Counted from the stretch's first letter, positions 29,216-41,821 are shown. The stretch: DNA of 64,000 nucleotides from Candidatus Bipolaricaulia bacterium (GCA_042219045.1 JBDGQO010000003.1:86095-150094); one strand, 5' to 3'. The notes: generated by a model not told the origin, from the sequence alone. Program-made: numbers and translations.

Positions 29216-30174
29216 CCCACGAGCCCGTGTTGCTCGACGAGGCCCTGGACGCGCTAGCGATCCGCAGCGACGGGATCTATGTCGACGCAACCGTGGGCGG
29301 CGGCGGCCACGCTCGAGCCATCGCTGGAAGGCTCCAGAGGGGTCGGCTCGTCGGGCTCGACCTCGATCCCGAGGCGATTGCCGCGTCCCAGGCGCATTTG
29401 GCCGACGTCGACGATCGGGTGACGCTCCGACGGGCGAGTTACGCGGAGCTCGCCCAGGCGCTGGATGAGATGGACATCGAGCGAGCGGACGGGATGCTCT
29501 TTGACCTCGGCCTCTCGTCGCTCCAATTGGCTGATAAGACGAAGGGCTTCAGCTTCCAATCCCCTGGCCCGCTCGACATGCGCTTCGATCCCGACAACTC
29601 GCTCACCGCCGCCGACATCGTGAATCGCTGGGACGAGTCAACCATTGCTCGGATTCTGCGGGACTACGGCGAGGAGCGCTTCGCCAAGCGGATCGCACGC
29701 GGCACCGTCGAGGCCCGTCGGGAGCAGGCGATCTCGACGACGGATCAGCTGGCGGAGCTCGTCCTGACAGCCATTCCCAAACCTGCTCAGCGAGGATATT
29801 ACCGGGGGCGCGACGTCCATCCGGCCACGCGGACGTTCCAGGCGCTGCGGATCGCCGTCAACGACGAACTGACCAACGTCGAGCGCGGGTTATCAGCGGC
29901 CTTTGCGCGGCTTGCCCTCGGCGGCCGATTGGTGGTGATCACGTTCCACTCGCTCGAAGATCGGCTCGTGAAACGATTCATGAAGGGCAAAGCGCAGGGA
30001 TGCGTCTGCCCGCCGGATCTGCCCGTTTGTGCGTGTGGATGTGACCCTGAGGCCGAGATCATGGCCAATCAAGCGCCATCGGACGAGCAAAAGCGGCGGA
30101 ATCCGCGCGCGCGAAGCGCCCGGTTGAGAGCCCTGCGAAAAATCACTTGGACATCGGCTCAAACTGCGCGATGA
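29212..30174 (+). CDS. rsmH: 16S rRNA (cytosine1402-N4)-methyltransferase RsmH (MraW)
   Basis: [11 protein letters not shown]-terminus, SAM-binding [10 protein letters not shown], and [10 protein letters not shown]. The start ATG overlaps the csaB stop (ATGA). Confidence 0.9.
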   Translation: MTHEPVLLDEALDALAIRSDGIYVDATVGGGGHARAIAGRLQRGRLVGLDLDPEAIAASQAHLADVDDRVTLRRASYAELAQALDEMDIERADGMLFDLGLSSLQLADKTKGFSFQSPGPLDMRFDPDNSLTAADIVNRWDESTIARILRDYGEERFAKRIARGTVEARREQAISTTDQLAELVLTAIPKPAQRGYYRGRDVHPATRTFQALRIAVNDELTNVERGLSAAFARLALGGRLVVITFHSLEDRLVKRFMKGKAQGCVCPPDLPVCACGCDPEAEIMANQAPSDEQKRRNPRARSARLRALRKITWTSAQTAR

Positions 30175-31531
30175 AGTGGCGCAGCGGGCCCGACCCGTGG
30201 ACCAGCTTCACGCCGTGTAGGCGCTCCTTCCGATCGGCGATCGCCCCGAGCGCGTCGGCGACGGCATCCAGGTGCTCCTGCGTGTAGACGCGCCGCGGAA
30301 TCGCCAGGCGGACCAGCTCCAATTCGGGATAGACCGTCTCGCCCGTGTTGGGATCTTGCCGCGCGAACATGACGCTGCCGACCTCGACGGCTCGGATGCC
30401 GGCCTCGCGATAGAGCTCGATCGTCAAGGACTGGCCCGGAAACGCCCCTTGCGGCAGATGCGGGAGGAACCGTTTGACGTCGACGTAGACGGCATGGCCC
30501 CCCACGGGCTCGACGACCGGGACCCCGCGTCGACGCAACTGCTCGGCGAGGTATCGCGTCTGGCCGATTCGGTGTCGCAGATAGGCGTCGTCCAGCGCTT
30601 CGCTCAGGCCCTGAGCCATGGCGGCCAGATCCCGACCGGCGAGCCCGCCGTAGGTCGGAAACCCTTCCATGAGGATGAGCGACTCCATCGCGCGCTCATG
30701 GAGCGCTTCATCGTCCATGCAGACGAGGCCCCCGATGTTGACGAGCCCGTCCTTCTTGGCGCTGATCAGGCATCCGTCGGCGGTCTCAAACATCTCGCGG
30801 GCGATGCGTTCAATGGAGACGTCGGCGTAGCCGGCCTCGCGTTCCTGGATAAAGAAAGCGTTCTCGGCGAATCGCGCCGCGTCGAGGAAGAACGGCACGC
30901 CATGACGATGGGCGATCTCGCTGGCGCCCTTGAGATTCGCCAGTGAAGCGGGCTGGCCGCCGCCGCTGTTGTTCGTCACCGTCATCATCACCAACGGGAC
31001 CTGATCGGGGCCGTGCTCCGCCAACGTGCGCTCCAGGCGATCGAGGTCCATGTTCCCCTTGAAGGGATGCGCGTTGCAGGGGTCGTAGGCCTCGTCGATG
31101 ACGAGGTTGACGGGGCGGCCGCCACGGTGGATGACGTGGGCACGGGTCGTATCGAAGTGCATGTTGTTCGGCACGATCTGGTCGGCATTCACCAGACATG
31201 AGAACAACACGTGCTCGGCGGCACGCCCCTGATGCGTCGGCAGGATGCATTCAAAGCCGGTGATCCGCTGAACGACGGCGTGCAACTGCTGGAAGCTGCG
31301 GCTGCCGGCGTAGGCCTCGTCGCCGCTCAAGAGCGCCGACCATTGGGCCTGGCTCATCGCGCCGGTGCCCGAGTCCGTCAACAGATCGATGTGCACGTCC
31401 TCGCTGGCCAGCTTGAAGACGTTGTAGCCTGCCGCCTGGATGCGGGCTTCGCGCTCAGCGCGCGGCAACAAATGGACAGGCTCCACGGCCTTGATCTTGT
31501 ACGGGACGAACGGGCGCGAATGTTCCGTCAT
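30143..31531 (-). CDS. tnaA: Beta-eliminating lyase family PLP enzyme (tryptophanase / tyrosine phenol-lyase)
   Basis: Full-length match to tryptophanase/TPL architecture, including the PLP lysine region [12 protein letters not shown] and the N-terminal FKIKAVEP. Trp versus Tyr specificity is not decidable by eye. Confidence 0.8.
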   Translation of the reverse strand: MTEHSRPFVPYKIKAVEPVHLLPRAEREARIQAAGYNVFKLASEDVHIDLLTDSGTGAMSQAQWSALLSGDEAYAGSRSFQQLHAVVQRITGFECILPTHQGRAAEHVLFSCLVNADQIVPNNMHFDTTRAHVIHRGGRPVNLVIDEAYDPCNAHPFKGNMDLDRLERTLAEHGPDQVPLVMMTVTNNSGGGQPASLANLKGASEIAHRHGVPFFLDAARFAENAFFIQEREAGYADVSIERIAREMFETADGCLISAKKDGLVNIGGLVCMDDEALHERAMESLILMEGFPTYGGLAGRDLAAMAQGLSEALDDAYLRHRIGQTRYLAEQLRRRGVPVVEPVGGHAVYVDVKRFLPHLPQGAFPGQSLTIELYREAGIRAVEVGSVMFARQDPNTGETVYPELELVRLAIPRRVYTQEHLDAVADALGAIADRKERLHGVKLVHGSGPLRHFIAQFEPMSK

Positions 31532-31549
31532 GGCGGAAGTTCCGAGCAG

Positions 31550-32452
31550 CTACGTCTCCGATTCCTGGGCCTCATTGCCTCCCGCAAACGCCTTCAGCAG
31601 CTCGATCGGCAAAGGCACGACGATCGTGCTCGACTGCTCGTTCGTGATGTCCAAGAGCGTCTGCAGATAACGGAGCTGGATCGAGGCCGGCTGCGACTGG
31701 AGGACCTCGGCGGCCTCGGTCAAGCGCTCGGCGGCCTGGTACTCGCCGTCGGCGTTGATGATCTTGGCGCGCCGCTCACGTTCGGCTTCGGCCTGGCGAC
31801 CGATCGTCCGTTGCATGTCCTGGGGAATTCGGACGTCCTTGATCTCGACGGCGCGCACCTTGATGCCCCAGGGATCGGTGTGCTCGTCGATGATCTGCTG
31901 CAGCTGTTGGTTGAGCCGCTCCCGATCGGACAGCAGCTCGTCCAACTCCGCCTGGCCGCAGACGCTGCGCAGCGTCGTCTGGGCCAACTGGTTGGTCGCC
32001 TGATAGAAGTCCTCGACCTCGGTGATGGCCGCATTCGGGTCGATGACGCGGTAGAGCACCACGGCATTGACCGAAACGGTTACGTTGTCCTGCGTGATGA
32101 CCTCTTGGGGCGGTATGTCGAAGGTGACGATTCGGAGGCTCACCTTCACCATCTTGTCGATAATCGGAATGAGGAAGAACAGGCCCGGTCCTTTTGCGCC
32201 TTGAAGGCGGCCAAGTCGGAAGACGACGCCGCGCTCGTATTCGCGCACGATCCGTATCGCGCTGGCGAGGATAAGGGCGACGACCACCACTACGGCGATA
32301 ATCGCGATGTTCATGCCACCGATCCCTCCTTGAAGGAAGTCCGAGATCCAGCGCTGGAGCGGTTCAAACTGAAACACGGACCCGGCCAGGATGAGCAAGG
32401 TAATCAGGATTGTCGCCCAGTTCTGGCCGCTGCCGTCGCTTTGATCGCCCAT
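31550..32452 (-). CDS. SPFH/band-7 (stomatin-like) membrane protein
   Basis: N-terminal TM followed by an SPFH domain ([22 protein letters not shown]) and a coiled-coil tail. Confidence 0.8.
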   Translation of the reverse strand: MGDQSDGSGQNWATILITLLILAGSVFQFEPLQRWISDFLQGGIGGMNIAIIAVVVVVALILASAIRIVREYERGVVFRLGRLQGAKGPGLFFLIPIIDKMVKVSLRIVTFDIPPQEVITQDNVTVSVNAVVLYRVIDPNAAITEVEDFYQATNQLAQTTLRSVCGQAELDELLSDRERLNQQLQQIIDEHTDPWGIKVRAVEIKDVRIPQDMQRTIGRQAEAERERRAKIINADGEYQAAERLTEAAEVLQSQPASIQLRYLQTLLDITNEQSSTIVVPLPIELLKAFAGGNEAQESET

Positions 32453-32529
32453 AACATCCGATGAATCTCGAAGGCTGAGCTATTATCCGCGATGAGCACG
32501 GCGAGATCAATGTGTGCCTGCCGAGCGGA

Positions 32530-32559
32530 TTGCCGATCCGTCGACCCAGAGCCTACAAT
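32530..32559 (+). promoter_or_regulatory. Putative tpiA promoter TTGCCG-18nt-TACAAT
   Basis: Hexamers at 32530-32535 and 32554-32559. The tpiA ATG at 32575 implies a very short leader. Confidence 0.3.
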
Positions 32560-32574
32560 TACGCGGGTGAGTCC

Positions 32575-33342
32575 ATGCGGACACCGTTGATCGCCGCCAA
32601 TTGGAAAATGCACAAGACCCGCCCCGACGCGCGATCGTTTTTGCTCGCGTTCAAGCCGTCCGTCACGTCGGTCGCTGACGTTGAGATGACGGTTGCGCCC
32701 CCGTTTCCGTTGCTCGACGCAGCTGCCGAGCTGGTGGCGGCTTCGCCGATCTCGCTGGCCGCCCAGAACGTGCACCCTGAGCCGGAGGGCGCGTTCACCG
32801 GTGAGGTATCGCCCGCCATGTTGGCGGAACTGGCATGCCGCTACGTCATCGTCGGCCACTCGGAGCGCCGCGAGACGTTCGGCGAGGACGACGGGTTTAT
32901 CAATCGGAAACTCCACGCGCTCGACGAGCATCGCTTGACGCCCATCCTGTGCGTCGGCGAGTCGTTGGAGCAACGGGAAGCAGCCGAAACCGAGACGGTC
33001 CTGGAACGCCAGCTCCGCGACGGCCTGGCTGGGCTGTCCAGCGATCGGGTGGCCCGACTGGTGATCGCGTACGAGCCCGTTTGGGCAATCGGCACGGGGC
33101 GAACCGCTGCGCCCGAGGACGCTGAGGCTGGGGCTCGTTTCATGCGGGATCTCATCGTTGACCTTTACGACGACGCCACCGCCCGGTCGGTTCGGGTCCA
33201 GTACGGGGGCAGCGTCAAGCCCGACAACGCGGCCGAGCTCATGGGCCAACCGAACGTCGACGGCGCGCTCGTGGGAGGCGCGTCCCTCGATCCGAATGCG
33301 TTCGCCGAGATCATCCACGAAACCGCGCGAACGCTCGGCTGA
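32575..33342 (+). CDS. tpiA: Triose-phosphate isomerase TpiA
   Basis: AANWKMH N-terminus, VGHSERR, AYEPVWAIGTG and GGASL motifs. Start trimmed to the MRTPLIAANWKMH Met. Confidence 0.9.
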   Translation: MRTPLIAANWKMHKTRPDARSFLLAFKPSVTSVADVEMTVAPPFPLLDAAAELVAASPISLAAQNVHPEPEGAFTGEVSPAMLAELACRYVIVGHSERRETFGEDDGFINRKLHALDEHRLTPILCVGESLEQREAAETETVLERQLRDGLAGLSSDRVARLVIAYEPVWAIGTGRTAAPEDAEAGARFMRDLIVDLYDDATARSVRVQYGGSVKPDNAAELMGQPNVDGALVGGASLDPNAFAEIIHETARTLG

Positions 33343-34145
33343 TGCCCGAACTCCCCGAGGTTGAGACGATCCGGCGCGACCTCCTGACGCTCGTCGCGGG
33401 CCAGCGTCTCCAGGGCCTGAGCGTGCATGAGCGCGTCCACTTGCTCAAAAACGCCACTGAGGCCGAACTGACTGACCGTCTGACGGGCCGCGCGTTGGAG
33501 ACAGTCGAACGCGAGGGGAAATACCTCGTCTTCCGCTTTGGGGCCGAATCGATGGTGCTCCATCTGCGCATGAGCGGACGGCTCTTGACGCAGGCTGCCG
33601 ACCACACGCGAATGACATTGACATTCGATCGGACGAGGCTCTACTTCGACGATGCCCGCCGCTTCGGCATGCTTTTTCTCTCCACAACCGAGCGACTGCA
33701 TCAGCTGGAGCCGTTGGGCAAACTTGGGCTGGAGCCCTTTTCAGACGGGTACACGCTCAACGCGTTCCGCTCGCTCCTGGGCAGCTCCCAGGAGATCAAA
33801 CGCCTCCTGCTGGACCAGCACAAGATCGCCGGCTTGGGCAACATCTACGCCTGCGAAGCGCTTCACGACGCACGCGTCCATCCGGAACGGCCCGCCAGCT
33901 CCCTGCGTCCTGCGGAGAGTCGAGCGCTCCACGCGGCCATTCCGGAGGTGCTCCAGCGTGCCATTGACGCCGGCGGCACCTCGTTCCGGTCCTATGAGAC
34001 GCCGTCAGGGGAGCTGGGCCACTTCCAGGCCGAGTTCGCCGTCTATGGCCGGAAAGGCGATCCCTGCGATCAATGCGACACGCCCATCGAACGGATCGAT
34101 CAAGGCGGCCGCAGCAGCTTCCTCTGTCCCCGCTGTCAACGCTAG
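33342..34145 (+). CDS. mutM: Formamidopyrimidine-DNA glycosylase MutM/Fpg
   Basis: N-terminal catalytic MPELPEVE, an H2TH domain, and a C-terminal zinc finger CxxC...CxxC (CDQCDTPI...CPRCQ). Confidence 0.85.
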   Translation: MPELPEVETIRRDLLTLVAGQRLQGLSVHERVHLLKNATEAELTDRLTGRALETVEREGKYLVFRFGAESMVLHLRMSGRLLTQAADHTRMTLTFDRTRLYFDDARRFGMLFLSTTERLHQLEPLGKLGLEPFSDGYTLNAFRSLLGSSQEIKRLLLDQHKIAGLGNIYACEALHDARVHPERPASSLRPAESRALHAAIPEVLQRAIDAGGTSFRSYETPSGELGHFQAEFAVYGRKGDPCDQCDTPIERIDQGGRSSFLCPRCQR

Positions 34146-34164
34146 TTCTGCTGGCGAGATTGCC

Positions 34165-34193
34165 TTGACACGCTCCCGGGGAGGCACTATCAT
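34165..34193 (+). promoter_or_regulatory. hrcA operon promoter TTGACA-17nt-TATCAT
   Basis: -35 at 34165-34170 and -10 at 34188-34193 with an exact 17-nt spacer. CIRCE begins 10 nt downstream. Confidence 0.55.
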
Positions 34194-34203
34194 TTTCTCA
34201 GGT

Positions 34204-34230
34204 TTAGCAGTCGATATCGGAGAGTGCTAA
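34204..34230 (+). promoter_or_regulatory. CIRCE operator (HrcA binding site) TTAGCAGTC-N9-GAGTGCTAA
   Basis: One mismatch from the consensus TTAGCACTC-N9-GAGTGCTAA. It sits 4 nt upstream of the hrcA ATG and overlaps the predicted transcription start. Confidence 0.9.
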
Positions 34231-34233
34231 TAG

Positions 34234-35283
34234 ATGGACAACCGCAGACAGGTGGTGCTGAAGGCGATCACGGACTACTACCTTAAGCAGGGCCAGCCGA
34301 TCAGTTCCAAGACCCTGCTGGAGGACTATCCGCTCGACGTCAGCTCCGCCACGATCCGCAACGACATGAAAGCTCTGGAAGAGGCCAAGCTCATCAGCAA
34401 GGCCTACAGCTCCGCCGGGCGGGTGCCGACCGAACGGGGGATTCGGTTCTTCGTCGACTGGCTGTTGGAGCTGAGCGAGTTGGCCCATCACGACCAGAAC
34501 GCCGTCATCGAGAGCTATCGTATCCAGCGACAGGACGTCGAACAGCTCCTGGAGCAGACCGCGTTTTTGCTCACCAACCTGAGCGGTTATGCCGGATTTG
34601 TGCTCTCCCCGCGCCTGGAGGATTCGCGCTTGGAGTCGATCGTCTTCGCCAAGCTGGACGCGGAAAACGCCCTGGCGGTGATCGTGTCCGAACTGGGCAT
34701 CCTCGAGTACCGCGTGGTCGCCTCGCGGCTGCCCGAGGACGAACTGCGCGATATCGGGGGGATGTTGACCGATCGACTGCGAGGCCAGCGCTTGGGCGAG
34801 GTGCGCGCGGCGGCGATGCGCTACGCCGAGGACGACGACTGGCAGGAGCCCATGGTGCGCAACGCGTTCACGCTGTTGCGAGAGGGGTTGGAGCGGCGCC
34901 TGGAGCGCAAGCTGTACGTGGAGGGGATGATCGAGCTGCTGGAAGGGATGCTCCAAGAGGGCCACACGTTCGACGAAGCCCATCAGACGCTCAGTCGGCT
35001 CCGCGACGGCCGGCCGCTCAGCGACCATCTCGAACGCGAAGTCTCCGATCAGATTCAGGCCCGCATCGGGACCGAGAACGAGTTGCCGGAGCTGAAGTCC
35101 TGCGGCTTGGTGTTCACGCGCTACGGCACCTCGGGCACGCTCGGCGTCGTCGGCCCGACCCGCATGGACTACAGTAAGGTATTCTCCATTACGAGCTATT
35201 TGGCCAACCGACTGCAGGCGATTCTGACGCTCAGCCATCGCGAATGGGACCTGACGTTGGAGACGGAGGTGAGCGGCGGATGA
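34234..35283 (+). CDS. hrcA: Heat-inducible transcription repressor HrcA
   Basis: N-terminal winged-helix (RQVVLKAITDYY) and HrcA C-terminal domains. Preceded by CIRCE and followed by grpE-dnaK-dnaJ. Confidence 0.9.
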   Translation: MDNRRQVVLKAITDYYLKQGQPISSKTLLEDYPLDVSSATIRNDMKALEEAKLISKAYSSAGRVPTERGIRFFVDWLLELSELAHHDQNAVIESYRIQRQDVEQLLEQTAFLLTNLSGYAGFVLSPRLEDSRLESIVFAKLDAENALAVIVSELGILEYRVVASRLPEDELRDIGGMLTDRLRGQRLGEVRAAAMRYAEDDDWQEPMVRNAFTLLREGLERRLERKLYVEGMIELLEGMLQEGHTFDEAHQTLSRLRDGRPLSDHLEREVSDQIQARIGTENELPELKSCGLVFTRYGTSGTLGVVGPTRMDYSKVFSITSYLANRLQAILTLSHREWDLTLETEVSGG

Positions 35284-36032
35284 GCAACGAAGCCGCCCAA
35301 CCCAACGAGCGAATGCAAGACGAGACCCTGAACGACCAAGCTGAGAACGACCAGACAGAACAGACCGATCAAACCGACATTTCGGCTCAACGCGAGCAGG
35401 AGCCGTCGTCGTCGCCGGATCAGCCGTCGGACGACGACACCGTTGATACGACCTCGGCCGAGCCGTCGTCGGACGTCGAGGCGCTGCGGGCCGAACTGGA
35501 CGAGAAGGATCAGCGCCTGCAGGAGTCGATTGACCGACTGCAACGGCTACAGGCCGATTTTGAGAACTACAAGAAACGCGTCGCCCGGGAGCGCGATGAG
35601 CAGCTTCGCCGGGCGGAGAACGAGATTCTGATGGGGATTTTGCCCGTCTATGACAGCTTTGACCGCGCCTTCCGCGCCTACGAGCTCGACGGCGACGAGT
35701 CGGCGTTCGTCGAGGGCATGGAACGGGTTTTCGCCCAGTTCCGCGACGCCCTGGCGGCTCAGGACGTCCACCCCATCGACGCCGAAGGGCAGCCGTTCGA
35801 TCCCTCGCGCCACGAGGCGCTCATGAGCGCGGAGACGGACGAGCACCCGCCGAACACGGTGCTGGAGGCGTTCGAGCGCGGCTACGTCCGCGGCGACGAG
35901 CTCCTGCGACCGAGCCGCGTCAAGGTGAGCCGCCCGCCAACGCCGTCGCCATCATCGGAGGCGGGTGACGATGACGAGGCAACCGACGGACCGGAATCAG
36001 AGCCTGATCAAGACGAAGGAGGGACGGACTGA
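35280..36032 (+). CDS. grpE: Nucleotide exchange factor GrpE
   Basis: Acidic N-terminal tail, a long paired-helix region ([18 protein letters not shown]), and the GrpE beta-domain. Start overlaps the hrcA stop (ATGA). Confidence 0.9.
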   Translation: MSNEAAQPNERMQDETLNDQAENDQTEQTDQTDISAQREQEPSSSPDQPSDDDTVDTTSAEPSSDVEALRAELDEKDQRLQESIDRLQRLQADFENYKKRVARERDEQLRRAENEILMGILPVYDSFDRAFRAYELDGDESAFVEGMERVFAQFRDALAAQDVHPIDAEGQPFDPSRHEALMSAETDEHPPNTVLEAFERGYVRGDELLRPSRVKVSRPPTPSPSSEAGDDDEATDGPESEPDQDEGGTD

Positions 36033-37909
36033 TGGCCAAAGAGAAGATCATCGGCATTGACCTGGGAACGACGATGTCGGCGATGGGGATCGTCGAAGGC
36101 GGCGACCCCGAGATCGTGCCCAACGCCGAGGGCGAACGGATCACGCCCTCGGCCGTGGCGTTCGACGACGACGGCGAACGCCTCGTCGGCACGCTCGCCC
36201 GTCGCCAGTCGATCACCAACCCGGATCGGACGATCCAAGAGATCAAGCGCAAGATGGGCACCGACGAGCGCGTCTCGATCGAGGCCGAGGGCGAGACGAA
36301 GCAGTACTCGCCCGAAGAGATCAGCGCCATGATCCTGCAGAAGCTCAAGGCGGACGCCGAGGATCGCTTCGGCCACAAGATCGAGAAGGCCGTCATTACG
36401 TGCCCGGCCTACTTCAATAACGAACAGCGCCAGGCCACGAAGGATGCGGGCAAGATCGCTGGCTTTGACGTCCAGCGCGTTATCAACGAGCCGACCGCCG
36501 CGTCGCTCGCCTACGGGCTCGACAAGGAGGGCGACTCGACCATCCTCGTCTTCGACTTGGGCGGGGGCACGTTCGACGTGTCGATCCTCGACATCGGCGA
36601 GGGCGTGTTCGAGGTCGTCGCCACCGGCGGCGACAACGAGCTCGGCGGCGCCGACTTCGACCAGCGGGTCATGGACTGGCTCATCGAGCAGTTCCAGAAC
36701 GAGCAAGGCATCGACCTTCGCCAGGACAAGGCCGCGATGCAACGGCTCAAGGAGGCCGCCGAGGGCGCCAAGAAGGAGCTCTCCTCCAAAAAGGAGACGA
36801 CCATCCATTTGCCCTACATCACGGCGGACCAGAACGGGCCCAAGCACCTGGAGACCAAGCTGACCCGCGCGAAGTTTGAAGCGCTTGTCGAGGACCTGAT
36901 CGAACAGACCATGACCAAGGTGCGCGAGACGCTCAAAGACGCCGACATGGACGCAAGCAACATCGACCAGATCGTCCTCGTGGGCGGCTCGACGCGCATC
37001 CCGAAGGTCCAAGAGCTGATCGACGAGATCGTGCCGGGCAAGATCAACAAGGAGATCAACCCGGACGAGGTCGTCGCGTTGGGCGCGGCCTTGCAGGGCG
37101 CGGTGCTCGCTGGCGACATGGACGACATCGTCCTGCTGGACGTCACGCCGTTGACGCTGTCGATCGAGACGCTCGGCGGCATCGCGACGCCGCTGATTGA
37201 GAAGAACACGACGATCCCGACGGAGAAGACGAAGACGTTCACCACCGCCGACGACAATCAGACGAGCGTCGACGTCCACGTCGTCCAGGGCGAACGGAAG
37301 CTGGCCCAGGACAACAAGAGCCTCGGGCGCTTCCAGCTCCAGGACATTCCGCCGGCCCCGCGTGGCGTTCCCCAGATCGAGGTCACGTTCAGCATCGACG
37401 CCGACGGCATCCTGAACGTCAGCGCCAAGGACAAGGGGACCGGCAAGTCCGCCAGCATCGAGATCAAGGAGACCTCGCGCCTCAGCGAGGACGAGATCGA
37501 GCGCATGCAGAAGGAGGCCGAGCAGTACGCCGAGGAGGACGAGCGCAAGGCCGAGGAGATCGAGACGCGCAACCAGGCCGACCAGCTCGTCTACTCCGTG
37601 GAGAAGACGCTCGACGAGTACGGCGGGCAAGTGAGCGAGGAGACCCGCGAGCAGACGCGCACGAAGCTCGACGAGCTGAAGGAGCTGCTCCAGGACGAGA
37701 ACGAGGCGGACATCGAGCAGATCAAGTCGGCCATGGAGGAGCTCCAGCAGGCGTCACAGGAGCTCGGCCAGAAGATCTACGAGCAGGCCCAGCAAGAGGA
37801 GCAAGCCGAGGCCGGCGACGAGGCAACGAGCACCGACGGCACCGGCGATACGTCGTCCGAGGACTACGTCGAGGCCGAGTACGATTCGGAGGACGACAAG
37901 ACCTCGTGA
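36032..37909 (+). CDS. dnaK: Molecular chaperone DnaK (Hsp70)
   Basis: Hsp70 signatures [14 protein letters not shown], and an EEVD-like acidic C-terminus. The phosphate-1 motif reads TTMS rather than the usual TTNS. Confidence 0.95.
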   Translation: MAKEKIIGIDLGTTMSAMGIVEGGDPEIVPNAEGERITPSAVAFDDDGERLVGTLARRQSITNPDRTIQEIKRKMGTDERVSIEAEGETKQYSPEEISAMILQKLKADAEDRFGHKIEKAVITCPAYFNNEQRQATKDAGKIAGFDVQRVINEPTAASLAYGLDKEGDSTILVFDLGGGTFDVSILDIGEGVFEVVATGGDNELGGADFDQRVMDWLIEQFQNEQGIDLRQDKAAMQRLKEAAEGAKKELSSKKETTIHLPYITADQNGPKHLETKLTRAKFEALVEDLIEQTMTKVRETLKDADMDASNIDQIVLVGGSTRIPKVQELIDEIVPGKINKEINPDEVVALGAALQGAVLAGDMDDIVLLDVTPLTLSIETLGGIATPLIEKNTTIPTEKTKTFTTADDNQTSVDVHVVQGERKLAQDNKSLGRFQLQDIPPAPRGVPQIEVTFSIDADGILNVSAKDKGTGKSASIEIKETSRLSEDEIERMQKEAEQYAEEDERKAEEIETRNQADQLVYSVEKTLDEYGGQVSEETREQTRTKLDELKELLQDENEADIEQIKSAMEELQQASQELGQKIYEQAQQEEQAEAGDEATSTDGTGDTSSEDYVEAEYDSEDDKTS

Positions 37910-37948
37910 CGTCTTGATCGAGCGGTGCCGCTTGATACGCTCGAATAG

Positions 37949-37970
37949 GGGGCGCAGCGGGCTGCGCCCC
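37949..37970 (+). terminator. GC-rich stem-loop (GGGGCGCAG-cggg-CTGCGCCCC) between dnaK and dnaJ; possible partial terminator or attenuator
   Basis: A perfect 9-bp inverted repeat read from the sequence. It is not followed by a U-tract, so at most a weak or partial terminator. Confidence 0.35.
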
Positions 37971-38010
37971 TCTGCCCGATATCCGGCCGGAATGGCATTG
38001 AAGGGATACC

Positions 38011-39092
<1,082 letters not shown>

Positions 39093-39117
<25 letters not shown>

Positions 39118-39725
39118 CCGCCGTCGTCCGCTGCGGACGACGACAGCCGGACGAGTTCGCGACCCACCTCGTCCAAGGCACGGCGCCGGTGGCTGATCTC
39201 GCTCTTGACGCCGTCGCCCAGCTCCGCAAGCGTCGCTTGGTGGCCCTCGGGCACGAAGACGGGATCGTAGCCGAAGCCGCTCTCGCCGCGTTTCGTCGTG
39301 GCAATCTCGCCTCGGAGCTCGCCCTCGGCGACGGCTTCCCCATGATCGGCGCCGATGTGGAGCACGGCCACACAGACGAACCGAGCCGCGCGATTTTCAA
39401 CGCCGTCCAGTTCGTTGAGAAGTTTGTCGATGTTGGCGTCGTCGGAGGCTTGTTCTCCCGCGAAACGAGCTGTGTAGACGCCGGGGGCGCCATCGAGCGC
39501 GTCCACCTCAAGGCCGGCATCCTCGGCCAGCACAGGCCGTCCCGTCTCCGTCGCGATCTGCGAGGCCTTCAGGCGGGCGTTCTCGAGGAACGTCTCGCCC
39601 GTCTCCGCCACATCCCCGAACGGCACGTTTTCGAATGTGAGCAGCTCCAGGCCGGCAATGTCGCCTAGGATGTGGGTGATCTCGGCGATTTTGCCGCGAT
39701 TCCGCGTTCCGAGCAGCAGTTTCAC
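39093..39725 (-). CDS. rdgB: Non-canonical purine NTP pyrophosphatase RdgB/Ham1
   Basis: Ham1 family motifs ([16 protein letters not shown]). The Ser-rich C-terminal tail overlaps the dnaJ 3' end by 25 nt, convergently. Confidence 0.85.
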
Positions 39726-39748
39726 GGTCGCACGCCAGCTGGCCCTCG

Positions 39749-40813
39749 TTACGTGCCCTGTTCGCGGCGCGTGACCAGCTCCTGCACGCCCTCGAGGTCA
39801 AGCTCTCGAGCGAAGTGGCACGCGGAGTAGTGTTCCCCCTCGATCCGTTCCAGCTCCGGCACGTGGTTGGTGCAGACCTCCCAGCCGTGCTCGTTGTAGT
39901 AGGGGCAACGCGGATGGAAGACGCAGCCCGAGGGCGGATTGACAGGGCTCGGCACGTCGCCCTTGAGCAAAATCCGCTCCAGTTGGTAGTCCGGGTCCGG
40001 GGAGGGGACAGCCGACAGCAGCGCTTCCGTGTAGGGGTGCTTCGGGTTCTGGAACAGTTCCTCGGTTTCGGCCATCTCCGCGACCTTGCCGAGATACATC
40101 ACGGCGATGCGGTCGCTGATGTGGCGGACGACGCTCAGGTCGTGCGCGATGAACAGATACGTCAGCCCAAACTCCTTCTGCAGGTCCATCAACAGATTGA
40201 TGACCTGGGCCTGGATGGAGACGTCCAGGGCCGAGACGGGCTCGTCGCAGACGATCAGATCGGGGTCAAGCGCGAGCGCGCGGGCGATGCCGATGCGCTG
40301 GCGCTGCCCGCCGCTGAACTCGTGCGGGTAGCGCTTGATATGGGAGGGGTTGAGGCCGACGGCCTCCAACAGCTCGCGCACGCGGGCCTCGCGCTCCTTG
40401 CCCTTGGCCACGCCGTGCACGACCAGCGGCTCGCCGACGATGTCCCCGACGGTCATGCGCGGATTCAGGCTGGAGTAAGGATCCTGGAAGATGATCTGAA
40501 TCTGGCGTCGGAGGTCCTTCAGTTGGCGCGGGGACAGATCGGCCAGGTTGATCTCCTCGTCCCCGTTGCGGAAGATCACTTCGCTTCCCGGATCGGGATC
40601 GATCAGCCGCAGGATGGCGCGTCCTGCCGTCGTCTTGCCGCAACCGGACTCCCCCACCAGCCCGAGCGTCTCGCCGCGGTTGATGTGGAACGAGACGCCG
40701 TCGACGGCCTTGACGTGGCCGACGGTGCGCCGGAACACACCCTTCTTAACCGGGAAATATTTCTGCAGACTGTTGACGGTCAGCAATGCCTCGCCGTTGG
40801 CCACCTCGGTCAC
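39749..40813 (-). CDS. oppF: Oligopeptide/dipeptide ABC transporter ATP-binding protein (OppF/DppF type)
   Basis: Walker [13 protein letters not shown] signature LSGGQRQR, Walker B, and the oligopeptide-transporter C-terminal domain. Confidence 0.85.
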   Translation of the reverse strand: MTEVANGEALLTVNSLQKYFPVKKGVFRRTVGHVKAVDGVSFHINRGETLGLVGESGCGKTTAGRAILRLIDPDPGSEVIFRNGDEEINLADLSPRQLKDLRRQIQIIFQDPYSSLNPRMTVGDIVGEPLVVHGVAKGKEREARVRELLEAVGLNPSHIKRYPHEFSGGQRQRIGIARALALDPDLIVCDEPVSALDVSIQAQVINLLMDLQKEFGLTYLFIAHDLSVVRHISDRIAVMYLGKVAEMAETEELFQNPKHPYTEALLSAVPSPDPDYQLERILLKGDVPSPVNPPSGCVFHPRCPYYNEHGWEVCTNHVPELERIEGEHYSACHFARELDLEGVQELVTRREQGT

Positions 40814-40825
40814 CTCGCTTGCCCG

Positions 40826-41815
40826 CTATTCGTAGAGCCAGCACGCCACGCTGTGGTTCGACTCGATCTCGTCCAGGGGCGGCATCTCCTGGCAGACGTC
40901 CATGGCGTGCGGACAGCGCGTAATGAACGGGCACCCCTGGGGAATGTTGTACGGATCGGGCACGACGCCCTTAATGGGCTTGAGCCGTTCCCGCTCCTTG
41001 GTGAGCGCCGGAATCGACTCCATCAGGCCCTGTGTGTAAGGATGTTTCGGGTTGTGGAAGATCTCACGGACGGGGCCTTTTTCCACGATCTTGCCCAGAT
41101 ACATGACGACGACCTCGTCCGCCGTTTCCGCGATGACGCCCAGGTCGTGGGTGATCATCATGAGCGACATCGCGTAGTCCTCTTGCAGGCCCTTGATGAG
41201 CTCGATGATCTGGGCCTGAATCGTGACGTCGAGCGCCGTGGTCGGCTCGTCAGCTACTAGCAGCTGGGGATTGCAGGACAGCGCCATGGCGATCATGGCG
41301 CGTTGGCGCATGCCCCCGGACAGCTGGTGCGGATACTCGTCGACGCGCTGGTCCGGCAACGGAATCCCGACCTTGCGAAGCATGTCGATCGCGCGATCGC
41401 GGGCCTCGTTTTTTTTGACGTTCTGATGGAGCATGATCGCCTCCATGATCTGGTCGCCGACCGTGTAGACGGGGTTGAGCGACGTCATCGGTTCCTGGAA
41501 GATCATGGCGATCTCGTTGCCGCGGATCTCGCGATACTGCTTGCCCTTCGGGTCGAGCTTGCTCAGATCGACGGGGTTGCCCTCGCGGTTGTAGGTGATC
41601 GAGCCGTCGACGATCTTGCCGGGCGGCATGGGGATCAGCCCCATGACCGACAGGGCCGTCTGGCTCTTGCCGCAGCCGGACTCGCCGACCACACCCAAGC
41701 TGCCCTGGCGATCGATGGAGAACGAGACGCCGTCCACGGCTCGTACGACGCCGTCTTCGGTATAGAAGTGCGTTTTGAGATCCTGAATGTCGATGATGGG
41801 TTCGGCCATTCTCAA
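40826..41815 (-). CDS. oppD: Oligopeptide/dipeptide ABC transporter ATP-binding protein (OppD/DppD type)
   Basis: Walker [11 protein letters not shown], signature LSGGMRQR, and the C-terminal OppD domain. Tandem with oppF. Confidence 0.85.
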   Translation of the reverse strand: MRMAEPIIDIQDLKTHFYTEDGVVRAVDGVSFSIDRQGSLGVVGESGCGKSQTALSVMGLIPMPPGKIVDGSITYNREGNPVDLSKLDPKGKQYREIRGNEIAMIFQEPMTSLNPVYTVGDQIMEAIMLHQNVKKNEARDRAIDMLRKVGIPLPDQRVDEYPHQLSGGMRQRAMIAMALSCNPQLLVADEPTTALDVTIQAQIIELIKGLQEDYAMSLMMITHDLGVIAETADEVVVMYLGKIVEKGPVREIFHNPKHPYTQGLMESIPALTKERERLKPIKGVVPDPYNIPQGCPFITRCPHAMDVCQEMPPLDEIESNHSVACWLYE

Positions 41816-41821
41816 CCTCGC

